A stretch of 64,000 bases of DNA from an uncultured Gammaproteobacteria bacterium (GTDB lineage: Bacteria > Cyanobacteriota > Vampirovibrionia > Gastranaerophilales > Gastranaerophilaceae). The notes under the pieces are model-generated. The model was not told where the DNA came from. It saw only the letters and a program-made list of their open reading frames with translations, and did not search any database. The position numbers and the translations under genes are program-made. The stretch spans positions 516,986-580,985 of the forward strand of contig CAYXRM010000001.1 in assembly GCA_964467625.1 (NCBI GenBank), written 5' to 3'. Shown one piece after another: positions 44,635 through 52,562 of the stretch; the first letter of the stretch is position 1, and every line of letters begins with the position of its first letter.

Positions 44635-45460
44635 CCAGCGTAAAGTTCCCTATGTTTCCATTTCTAAAATTTGTTAAAATAAATTGTGCACTTCGTGTAA
44701 TATCAGCAAGGGCGCCTTTTACAATCCAATTTCTTGATTTTGCAATGTTTTCAATATTTATATCTTCTTCAAGATTGTAATATTTTTTTGTTTCATCTTG
44801 ATAATATTTGTCTAAAATTTTTAACAATTCTTCTGCCACAAATTCATTGTCATAGGCATTTTCTGAAATTGAATTAACCATGGCAAGTTTTATTGCTGAG
44901 GTTTGGTCAACTTGAACGGAAGGAATAATTCCGGGGGTGTCCAGAAGCTCAATTTTATTATGAACCCTAACCCACTGTTGAGTCCTTGTGACACCTGCCC
45001 TTGCACCTGTTTTGGTTTTGCTTGTACCGGTTAGTTTATTGATAATGCTGGATTTGCCTACATTTGGCATTCCAATCACCATAACTCTTATGGGTCTTGA
45101 TAAAAGCCCTCTTTGTTTGAGTTTTTCAAAAACGGGAGAAGCAACCTCAAGAATTTTATTCACAATAATTTTTGTGTCTTTTTGATTTTTCACGGTAGTT
45201 AAAAGACAGGGGCAATTATATTTTTCTTCAACTTTTTTCTTCCAAAGTTTTGTTTTAACGGGGTCTGCAACGTCAGACTTGTTCATTAAAACAATTTTTA
45301 ATTTTTCGCCCGTTAATTTTGAAATATTTTGATACATACTGGAATGTGGAATTCTTGCATCTAAAACTTCCAAAATAACGTCAATTTGTTTGAGCTTATC
45401 TTTTAGTTGACGTTCCGCTTTTGCAATGTGCCCAGGGTACCAATGGATATGATTATTCAT
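44615..45460 (-). CDS. rbgA: Ribosome biogenesis GTPase A (YlqF/RbgA)
   Basis: 281 aa. IHWYPGHIAKA, a circularly permuted GTPase order (NKSD before GMPNVGKSS) and DTPGI. Confidence 0.85.
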   Translation of the reverse strand: MNNHIHWYPGHIAKAERQLKDKLKQIDVILEVLDARIPHSSMYQNISKLTGEKLKIVLMNKSDVADPVKTKLWKKKVEEKYNCPCLLTTVKNQKDTKIIVNKILEVASPVFEKLKQRGLLSRPIRVMVIGMPNVGKSSIINKLTGTSKTKTGARAGVTRTQQWVRVHNKIELLDTPGIIPSVQVDQTSAIKLAMVNSISENAYDNEFVAEELLKILDKYYQDETKKYYNLEEDINIENIAKSRNWIVKGALADITRSAQFILTNFRNGNIGNFTLDEPFEF

Positions 45461-45481
45461 TTATATCCTTTCTTGAAATTT

Positions 45482-45520
45482 AAAAAAGCACCAAAGTTAA
45501 ACTTGCTCCGGTGCTTTTTT
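45482..45520 (-). terminator. Hairpin with flanking A/T runs between rplS and rbgA
   Basis: AAGCACC (45486-45492) pairs with GGTGCTT (45510-45516). A-run before and T-run after on both strands. The 17-nt loop makes this a weak call. Confidence 0.35.
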
Positions 45521-45543
45521 ATAAAATATTTGGTAAAGAAAAA

Positions 45544-45903
45544 CTAATTTCCTCTTTTTTCGATTTTTTCTCTAATACGTGTAGCTTTGCCGGAGCGTTC
45601 TCTTAAGTAGTAGAGTTTTGAACGTCTTACATCACCTTTTCTTAATACTTGAATTTTTTCAATTCTGGGTGAGTAAATTGCAAAAACACGTTCAACACCG
45701 ATACCTTGGAATACTTTTCTTACGGTAACGGTTTTGTTAATGCCTGAACCGTGTTTTTTAATAACGGTTCCTTCAAAAGCCTGAATACGTTCTTTATTGC
45801 CTTCGATAATTCTAACAAACACTTTAACTGTGTCGCCAGGGTTCATTTGAGGCATTTCTTTTTGAGTATATTCTTTTTCTAATTCACTGATAACGGGATT
45901 CAT
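45544..45903 (-). CDS. rplS: 50S ribosomal protein L19
   Basis: ATG 45903 ([12 protein letters not shown]) has better SD spacing (AAGGAAAG) than the track ATG at 45909. L19 motifs: [33 protein letters not shown]. Confidence 0.9.
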   Translation of the reverse strand: MNPVISELEKEYTQKEMPQMNPGDTVKVFVRIIEGNKERIQAFEGTVIKKHGSGINKTVTVRKVFQGIGVERVFAIYSPRIEKIQVLRKGDVRRSKLYYLRERSGKATRIREKIEKRGN

Positions 45904-46004
45904 TTTCATCTTTCCTTATATTTTTGTTTATAGCAATTCTTATGCTAACTTAAACATTTTTAATATTCAAGTCTTTTTTACAAAATATAAATATAATAGT
46001 TTTA

Positions 46005-47360
46005 ATGAAAAATATTTTGTCAGTTTTAATAATAATAGTTTTGTTTATATTTTGTTTTGTGTTGGAAGATAAAAATAAAAAAACATCTGAACAAAAACCT
46101 ATTGAAGTGGTACAAAATCTGCCTTTAGGGGTTAATGGCGAACAAAAAAATAAACAAAAAACAAAAAAACAGACGAAAAAAAATCAAACAAATAAAACGG
46201 CAGATAAAAATAAAAAAATATTAAATTTTCCAAAAATGAAAAAAGTTTTTTATCCTTCTTCGATAAAAAATAATAAAATAACTTTTTATGTAAACAACCC
46301 TACTTTATATGATTACCCTTCTTATGCGGCAAAAGCTGAACCTTGCCTTTTATTAAAAAATAAAATTAATTCTGCCCAAAAGTCGATTGATTTTGCGCTT
46401 TTTGAATTTGGCGGGCAAAAAGATATTTTAAATGCTTTAAATCTTGCAAAATCAAGAGGGGTTATTCTTAGAGGAGTGGTTGACGGAGATGAAAACGGGG
46501 TTATAAAAAATAAAGAAACCGAATTATTAAAACAGGTGGCTCAAATTTCTCAAGATTTTTCAAAAAGTTTTATGCACAACAAAATTTTTATAATTGACGA
46601 TGATTTTGTTATGACAGGCTCTATGAATATTACAAATACGGGCTGTGGCGGATATAATTCAAACAGCGTTGTTGTTTTTGAAGATGAATATTTGGCTTCA
46701 ATTTATAAAAAAGAATTTGAGCAGATGTATGAGGGAAAATTTAAAAGACAAAAATTTGATTATTCCACCCCTTTAATTAAGCTTGATGAAGAAACTTCCG
46801 TGCAAATCGGTTTTTCGCCTATAGGGGGCACTTATTATAAAATAGTTTCCCCTGCAATTAAAGGCGCACGGCATAAAATAAGGGTAAGTGCGTATATTTT
46901 GACTTATGGGAAAATAATTCAAGACCTTATTGAGGCGAAAAACAGAGGGGTTGAAGTTTTGGTTATTTTGGATGCTCTAAATGCAAGAAAATATAAAAAA
47001 CAACTTCTTCAATTAAAAGATGCGGGAATTAAAGTGAAGGCGGAAAACTGGGGCGGCAAAAACCATGAAAAAACAATGTCTGTTGATGACGATATCTTAA
47101 TTTTGGGTAGTACAAATTTTACATATAGCGGGTTTAATGTGAATGATGAAAATATTGTCATAATAAAAAATAAAACAATTGCAAACTTTTATAACGGCTT
47201 TTTTGATACTTTGTATAATTCCATTGATAGCGTGTATTTAAACACTGTTCCATATGCCGAAGGAGCAGAGTCCGGAAATTCGTGTTTCGATAAAATTGAC
47301 AACGATTTTGACGGAAAAATAGATATGGAAGATTACAGATGTAAAATTTATAAAAATTAA
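46005..47360 (+). CDS. Phospholipase D superfamily protein with two HKD motifs, membrane-anchored/secreted
   Basis: 451 aa with an N-terminal hydrophobic helix and a K/N/Q-rich linker. HKD motifs are HNKIFIIDDDFVMTGSMNIT and HEKTMSVDDDILILGSTNFT. The C-terminus has a Cys-bracketed DNDFDGKID loop. Confidence 0.75.
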   Translation: MKNILSVLIIIVLFIFCFVLEDKNKKTSEQKPIEVVQNLPLGVNGEQKNKQKTKKQTKKNQTNKTADKNKKILNFPKMKKVFYPSSIKNNKITFYVNNPTLYDYPSYAAKAEPCLLLKNKINSAQKSIDFALFEFGGQKDILNALNLAKSRGVILRGVVDGDENGVIKNKETELLKQVAQISQDFSKSFMHNKIFIIDDDFVMTGSMNITNTGCGGYNSNSVVVFEDEYLASIYKKEFEQMYEGKFKRQKFDYSTPLIKLDEETSVQIGFSPIGGTYYKIVSPAIKGARHKIRVSAYILTYGKIIQDLIEAKNRGVEVLVILDALNARKYKKQLLQLKDAGIKVKAENWGGKNHEKTMSVDDDILILGSTNFTYSGFNVNDENIVIIKNKTIANFYNGFFDTLYNSIDSVYLNTVPYAEGAESGNSCFDKIDNDFDGKIDMEDYRCKIYKN

Positions 47361-47427
47361 ACTTCCGATTTGCATATGAAACCTTTTATTGTTAAAATAT
47401 TTTTGTTAAAGATTTTAAGGAATTCTT

Positions 47428-47535
47428 ATGGAATTTTTCAGAAACAATAGAAAAATAATAGTTGGAGTGCTTGTGCTTGTGGTTGGTTTTTGGCTTTTGG
47501 GTGCAACCATTCTTATTCCGCTTCTTGCAAGATAG
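47428..47535 (+). CDS. Possible 35-aa single-pass membrane peptide
   Basis: MEFFRNNRKIIVGVLVLVVGFWLLGATILIPLLAR*. AAGGA lies 6 nt upstream. The stop is 3 nt before the M23 gene ATG. Below the ORF-track cutoff and unverified. Confidence 0.3.
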   Translation: MEFFRNNRKIIVGVLVLVVGFWLLGATILIPLLAR

Positions 47536-47538
47536 TTT

Positions 47539-48663
47539 ATGAAAAAGGTAATAAAAACATCTTTAATAATTTTTTTGTCATTTCTTTTTATGTTGGGGGG
47601 AATGAGTTCTTCGTTTGCAACAAATAAAGACCAAATTGACAAAAAAAGAGAGCATGCCAAAACCCAAATTAAAAAATTAAAATTACTTCAAAAAATTGAA
47701 ACAGGTAAACTTTACAGCAATCAAAAAAAACTTGAAACCACGGAAAAAAGCCTGAATACAAATAAAGTACAGTATGAAAATGCAAAAATAGAGCTGGGGC
47801 GCCTTCAAGCCGAATTAAACAGGCAAATTAGCGAATATAATCGTCATCAACAAGATTCATCAAAAAGAATTGTTCAAATTTATAAATCCAAAAGAGCCGG
47901 ATACGTTGAGTTTTTGTTTTCTTCAGGCGATATGAATAATTTTTTGGACAGAATTTATTATGAAAACATAATAATGGATATCGATAAAAAAAATATGGAG
48001 TCTGCACGTCAAAGGGCGGCTTCCATAAGGAATTTGAAGCAAAAAGTCGAACAACAAAAAGAATATCTTGCAAGTTCTATCAAGGTTATGGATAAACAAC
48101 AAAAAAGCATTAAAAACGCAATTGATAAAAACAAGCAAATGATATATAAATTAGAGCACGACAGGGCAACTTGGGAAAAATCCGAAAGGGAATTAAAGAA
48201 ACAATCGGAAGCCTTAGAAAGATTTTTGAAAAAACAGCCAACAACAGTGACAACGAAAGTAACCGGCGGTTTTGTAAGGCCTGTGTCGGGAAGGGTGACT
48301 TCTCCTTACGGAACAAGAATGCACCCGATTTTCAAAAAGAGAATTACCCACACCGGAGTGGATTTGGGTATGCCAATGGGTTCACCGGTTAAGGCGGCAA
48401 ATTCAGGAAAAGTTATATTTGTTGGCTGGTATGGCGGATATGGAAAAGTTGTTATCATAGACCATGGTAAAATAAATGGAGTTAACGTGACAACTTTGTA
48501 TGCGCACCTTTCAAGTTACAGAGTTTCAAACGGGGTATCCGTATATAAGGGGCAGGTTATCGGAAATGTTGGTTCTACGGGCTATTCAACAGGACCGCAC
48601 TTGCATTTTGAAGTGCGTGAAAACGGCAGGCATGTTAATCCTTCAAAATATGCACCAATTTAA
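47539..48663 (+). CDS. M23 family metallopeptidase with N-terminal coiled coil (EnvC-like architecture)
   Basis: 374 aa with a signal/TM, a long coiled coil and a LytM domain (HTGVDLGMPMGSPV...GSTGYSTGPHLHFEV). Confidence 0.8.
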   Translation: MKKVIKTSLIIFLSFLFMLGGMSSSFATNKDQIDKKREHAKTQIKKLKLLQKIETGKLYSNQKKLETTEKSLNTNKVQYENAKIELGRLQAELNRQISEYNRHQQDSSKRIVQIYKSKRAGYVEFLFSSGDMNNFLDRIYYENIIMDIDKKNMESARQRAASIRNLKQKVEQQKEYLASSIKVMDKQQKSIKNAIDKNKQMIYKLEHDRATWEKSERELKKQSEALERFLKKQPTTVTTKVTGGFVRPVSGRVTSPYGTRMHPIFKKRITHTGVDLGMPMGSPVKAANSGKVIFVGWYGGYGKVVIIDHGKINGVNVTTLYAHLSSYRVSNGVSVYKGQVIGNVGSTGYSTGPHLHFEVRENGRHVNPSKYAPI

Positions 48664-48708
48664 GTATTTTACCAAAATGATATAAATGGTAAAATAGGTA
48701 AAAAAATT

Positions 48709-50679
48709 ATGGTAAAAAATATAAATAAAATTGCATATCTGTTAATTTCAACGGCGCTTTGTGCGACTTTATCTCTCCCTGCTTATGCGGTGGAGACGGT
48801 TCAGGCAGTTGAAATTTTAACACGTGAGCAAAAAGATTCAAACACCGCTTCAAATGAAAGCCCGATTTATCTTCCAAATGCTATAGAAAATCTTGGGGAA
48901 AGACACACTATATATACAGGTGCAGTTGCAGACAGACCTGAGATACACCTTAAAAGCTGGGGAGAATATATTCAGGAAAAAAGACAAGCAAATCTCCAAA
49001 AAGAAGAAGTAAAAAAGCAAAGTACCAAAAAAGAAGCAGACCTTATTTTAAATTGCAATGAAATGGAATATTTTGAAGACAGAAATGAACTTGAGGCAAG
49101 GGGAAAAGTTGAAATCACAACTTCTTCAAATACCAAAGTTTATGCAGATAAAGCTTTATACAATAAAAATAACAACACAATTCAGCTTTTTAAAAATGTC
49201 ACCCTTTTGAAAGGCACAGCAACAGTCAACGGGGATTATATGCTTGTTGACTTGAATGAAGAAAATGCCATTATGGATGAACCTCAAACAAGGGTCTCAA
49301 ATTTGATAATTAATGCAAAAGAAGGCTATGCTTACGCAGATAGGATTGAAAATTTAAACGGAAATGTTGAATTAAATAAACAAGTTGAAATGGAATTGTA
49401 TTCCCGTGGGTTTGTGCGTTTCGGGCGTGCGATTAACGACACAAGGCTTGTTGATTTCGATGTAAAAAAGGATAGGTCAAAACCCTATAAATTTAAAACA
49501 AAACAAATTGAAATTCGTCCTGAAAAAGACCATGACTCAATGGTGATGAAGGATGTCGACATTTACTATGGAAAAAGAAAAGTTTTAAATGTTCCTTCAA
49601 TTGAACTTTTTTCAGATAAAGAAATGACTTATTCAGAAGTCAACTTCCCGTTGGAATTTGGCTCTTTAAAAGGGTTTGGAACATATTTGGGCATGGGCTA
49701 CACCTTTAAATTGCCCAAAACTTTTACCTTTAGAGCAACACCGGCTATTGTATATGGAGATAATGAATTTGGTGTGGGTGCTATGGCGCAGTTGAAATCT
49801 AAAAAAACAAGAAGTGAAATTGGCTGGGCTTCAAGCACAAATAACCTTGTATTTGACGGTGAGTATAGAATTTTTAATAAGTTAAAACTTGATGTGGGCA
49901 GGCATGTTTACAAAAATGAATGGATTGCAGGCGGCAATCGTGCAGGGTATATTGCAGAATTAAATTATGAAGATGTATTCATTGTAAAAGAATTAGGCAA
50001 TGCTGTTTTCAGACACAAGGTTTCAGGTGGCTGGGTTGCGGACTATAAACGTGAACATCAGGAAGACGATATGGACTCAGGCTTTAGGTATCGTTATCAA
50101 GCTGAGCTTAGTAAATTAATTAAGAGGTTTGGCAGCAGAGAACAAGATATGTATTTGGATTTCAGCGTTTTGGGTCAAACAATGGCAACCCTTTATTCAG
50201 ACACTGGAGATACATTCGGCTTATTTAGGGTTGGCCCCAGTTTAACATCTAAGGTTAAAAAATGGAATTCCAGCATTACATACACGCTTGGTGGTGTTCA
50301 TGGCAGAACCCCATATCATTTTGACGAATATAGATACGGTCGACAAACAGTTTCTTTTGATGAGAGTATAATTTGCAATAAATACTTATCTTTAGGATAC
50401 AGAGGCACTTTAACCCCCCTTAAAGACAACACGGACAGGGATATTTTAACGGAAAACAGATTTTATGCAATTGCAGGCCCTGAAGATATAAAAGTTGCGT
50501 TTTCATATGACACCATAAGACAAAATATGTACGTTGACTTTTTGTTCCTTTTAGGTGCGGATAATATGGATGTAAAATATGATAAATTAGTGGTGAAAGA
50601 TCCTGAAAAATTAGGCAGACGCACTAAAAAAGAAACGGACAGGGAATTAAACAGAATAAAGGTTCCTGAAACTTTATAA
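48709..50679 (+). CDS. LptD/OstA-like outer membrane protein
   Basis: 656 aa with signal peptide (...SLPAYA). An OstA-like N-terminal beta-jellyroll segment is present (ADLILNCNEMEYFEDRNELEARGKVEITTSSNTKVYADKALY...). The long C-terminal region has alternating beta-strand patterns. Confidence 0.5.
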   Translation: MVKNINKIAYLLISTALCATLSLPAYAVETVQAVEILTREQKDSNTASNESPIYLPNAIENLGERHTIYTGAVADRPEIHLKSWGEYIQEKRQANLQKEEVKKQSTKKEADLILNCNEMEYFEDRNELEARGKVEITTSSNTKVYADKALYNKNNNTIQLFKNVTLLKGTATVNGDYMLVDLNEENAIMDEPQTRVSNLIINAKEGYAYADRIENLNGNVELNKQVEMELYSRGFVRFGRAINDTRLVDFDVKKDRSKPYKFKTKQIEIRPEKDHDSMVMKDVDIYYGKRKVLNVPSIELFSDKEMTYSEVNFPLEFGSLKGFGTYLGMGYTFKLPKTFTFRATPAIVYGDNEFGVGAMAQLKSKKTRSEIGWASSTNNLVFDGEYRIFNKLKLDVGRHVYKNEWIAGGNRAGYIAELNYEDVFIVKELGNAVFRHKVSGGWVADYKREHQEDDMDSGFRYRYQAELSKLIKRFGSREQDMYLDFSVLGQTMATLYSDTGDTFGLFRVGPSLTSKVKKWNSSITYTLGGVHGRTPYHFDEYRYGRQTVSFDESIICNKYLSLGYRGTLTPLKDNTDRDILTENRFYAIAGPEDIKVAFSYDTIRQNMYVDFLFLLGADNMDVKYDKLVVKDPEKLGRRTKKETDRELNRIKVPETL

Positions 50680-50810
50680 AAAGTTTTGTTTATTTTTTAT
50701 CTTTAATAAATAAATGTTTTCCATTATCAAGGGTTACCCAATGACCTTTGTAGGTGTTGGGATTACCCGTGTTGGTATAATCTTTTTTTCATTAAAATCA
50801 AACATTTTGC

Positions 50811-50888
50811 ATTTTTTCCTTTCTTTATTTTCTATGTTACAATTTTTTTTATGAAAATTAGGGATATACGAAGATATATTTTTATAAA
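50811..50888 (+). repeat. 78-bp perfect direct repeat, copy 1 (upstream region plus first 13 codons)
   Basis: ATTTTTTCCTTTCTTTATTTTCTATGTTACAATTTTTTTTATGAAAATTAGGGATATACGAAGATATATTTTTATAAA is identical to 51232-51309. It contains a TACAAT -10-like hexamer. Confidence 0.9.
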
Positions 50889-51216
50889 ACTTTCTGCGTT
50901 TTGTTTGGTTGGGATGTTTGTTTTATATGTGCCCGAGGTTTTTTATGTAGTTTCTAATCCGGAAGATATCAAATTTGCTGTTTGGTTTTATTATTTTAAG
51001 CGCAGTTTGGCTATTTGTGCACTTTTGGCATATTTTTTGTTCCTTTTTGAAGTTCCAATAAGGTTTGTTATTATGAAATTTATTTTAAAAAAGGAAGAAA
51101 AGCCTGTTTGTGTTTTAAAACATAAAAAGTTAGACGGATTTCTTACGGGTTTTTTGTGGACATACGTTTTTTACGGGCCGCTTGCAGCCTTTGTGTATAC
51201 CGCTTTATTATATTAA
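50851..51216 (+). CDS. Small three-helix membrane protein, tandem paralogue 1
   Basis: 121 aa starting MKIRDIRRYIFIK, with three hydrophobic segments. Distantly similar throughout to the next ORF. Confidence 0.5.
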   Translation: MKIRDIRRYIFIKLSAFCLVGMFVLYVPEVFYVVSNPEDIKFAVWFYYFKRSLAICALLAYFLFLFEVPIRFVIMKFILKKEEKPVCVLKHKKLDGFLTGFLWTYVFYGPLAAFVYTALLY

Positions 51217-51231
51217 TTAAAAGTTAGATTT

Positions 51232-51309
51232 ATTTTTTCCTTTCTTTATTTTCTATGTTACAATTTTTTTTATGAAAATTAGGGATATACGAAGATATAT
51301 TTTTATAAA
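51232..51309 (+). repeat. 78-bp perfect direct repeat, copy 2
   Basis: Identical to 50811-50888 by base-by-base comparison. The flanks on both sides diverge immediately. Confidence 0.9.
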
Positions 51310-51613
51310 TATTTTTGTAATTTGTATGTTTATTATATGGCTGGTGCAATTTTTCAGCGGGTTTTTTGGATATAAAGATGTGGTGCGCAATTTTGTGCGT
51401 ATAATGGCGTCTTTTGCTTTTTGGGTGTGGGTTTTATTTCTTCTTGAAGTTCTGATAAGATATATTATTGAAGTAAAAACTTGCAAAAAAGAAGAACATA
51501 TCCCTGTTTGGAAAAATATATATTTAAAATTTTTTGACGGTCTTTATACTGTTATATTGTGGATATGCGCTTTTTATGCTCCGTTAATTGCAATGTTGTG
51601 CGGTGCAGCTTGA
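51272..51613 (+). CDS. Small three-helix membrane protein, tandem paralogue 2
   Basis: 113 aa starting MKIRDIRRYIFIN, with the same topology as the preceding ORF (shared KKEE..P.., FYxPL near the C-terminus). Confidence 0.5.
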   Translation: MKIRDIRRYIFINIFVICMFIIWLVQFFSGFFGYKDVVRNFVRIMASFAFWVWVLFLLEVLIRYIIEVKTCKKEEHIPVWKNIYLKFFDGLYTVILWICAFYAPLIAMLCGAA

Positions 51614-51737
51614 AGGAAAAGAAAATTGAAGGGTTGTTTTAATATTCCTTTCTTTTAGTAATATTTATATTTTAGCATATATTAAAAACCGGTTTTTATT
51701 TTTTTTCAAAAACTAGGCGCAATCTATCTTTGAAGCA

Positions 51738-52169
51738 TTATTTTAGATAGTCTTTAAATTTTTTATCCGCTTCAAAATAAAAGCCACAATTATCTAAAGT
51801 TTTTCCGCCCATTTCAATGAATTTTGGGTTAATTGCAGGGTAATCTCTGCAAAAAATGGGGCGAATAAAATAAATTGAGCACCTGTTATTTTTTAAAAAT
51901 TTGCATTTAAATAAAAATGCTCCTTCAAGTTCTTCTCCTTCATTTTGAACTTTGCCATTGGGGTAAAAAAAGTTATAAATTAAATGTTTCTTTTTTAGTT
52001 TTTCAAAATCTTCTTCTGTTTTAATATACCCTTTTTCATCAGAAAATAAAATACTTGTGCAACATGTGCCGCATTGTTTGCATTTGCCTTTTACTATATA
52101 TTTTGAAGAAGTTAATTTATTTTTTATAGTAAGAATAATATCTTCAATAAAATTTTTTATTTTATTCAA
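51738..52169 (-). CDS. YkgJ family cysteine-cluster protein
   Basis: 143 aa. CKQCGTCCT (CxxCxxCC) plus a later C..Y..RP..CR..P, typical of UPF0153/YkgJ. TTG start overlaps the upstream stop. Confidence 0.65.
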   Translation of the reverse strand: MNKIKNFIEDIILTIKNKLTSSKYIVKGKCKQCGTCCTSILFSDEKGYIKTEEDFEKLKKKHLIYNFFYPNGKVQNEGEELEGAFLFKCKFLKNNRCSIYFIRPIFCRDYPAINPKFIEMGGKTLDNCGFYFEADKKFKDYLK

Positions 52170-52560
52170 CTTTTACAATCCCCAAGGTTACGGGTTTTTG
52201 AAAATTTGTGTAATCAAAAACCTGAAAAATAAAGTGTCCTGTGCCGTTTATTACCGTGTAATCCGTGAAAGCATTTTTGTTATTTAATTCAAGGGTTTTG
52301 TTGTACAGATATTCATACCCCCAAAATTCAGAGGAATTATCTGATTTTTTAAAAATTTGCAATTTTAAAAGTTTTGTTTTAAAGCCTTTTGGGTTATATA
52401 TCGCATAATAAATTCTATCTCCTGCCTTAAACGTGTTTGAAAGAGCATAACCGTCTTTTGAAAAAGGCATATGAGAAAAGGCAATTGTAGGTTTTTCTTT
52501 GTCACATCCTGTTAAAAACAGCGTTATAAAGAATGCAAATAGAAGAAGAAATTTTCTCAT
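52162..52560 (-). CDS. Lipoprotein, function unknown
   Basis: 132 aa. MRKFLLLFAFFITLFLTGC with an LTGC lipobox. Confidence 0.5.
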   Translation of the reverse strand: MRKFLLLFAFFITLFLTGCDKEKPTIAFSHMPFSKDGYALSNTFKAGDRIYYAIYNPKGFKTKLLKLQIFKKSDNSSEFWGYEYLYNKTLELNNKNAFTDYTVINGTGHFIFQVFDYTNFQKPVTLGIVKVE

Positions 52561-52562
52561 TT

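Noticed and set aside
50714-50854. 46-codon ORF (MFSIIKGYPMTFVGVGITRVG...) ending in an ATGA overlap with the first MKIRDIRRY gene
   Set aside because: It has no RBS. Its 3' part is the 78-bp repeat, which has no equivalent upstream ORF at the second copy. It is more likely non-coding leader/promoter sequence.
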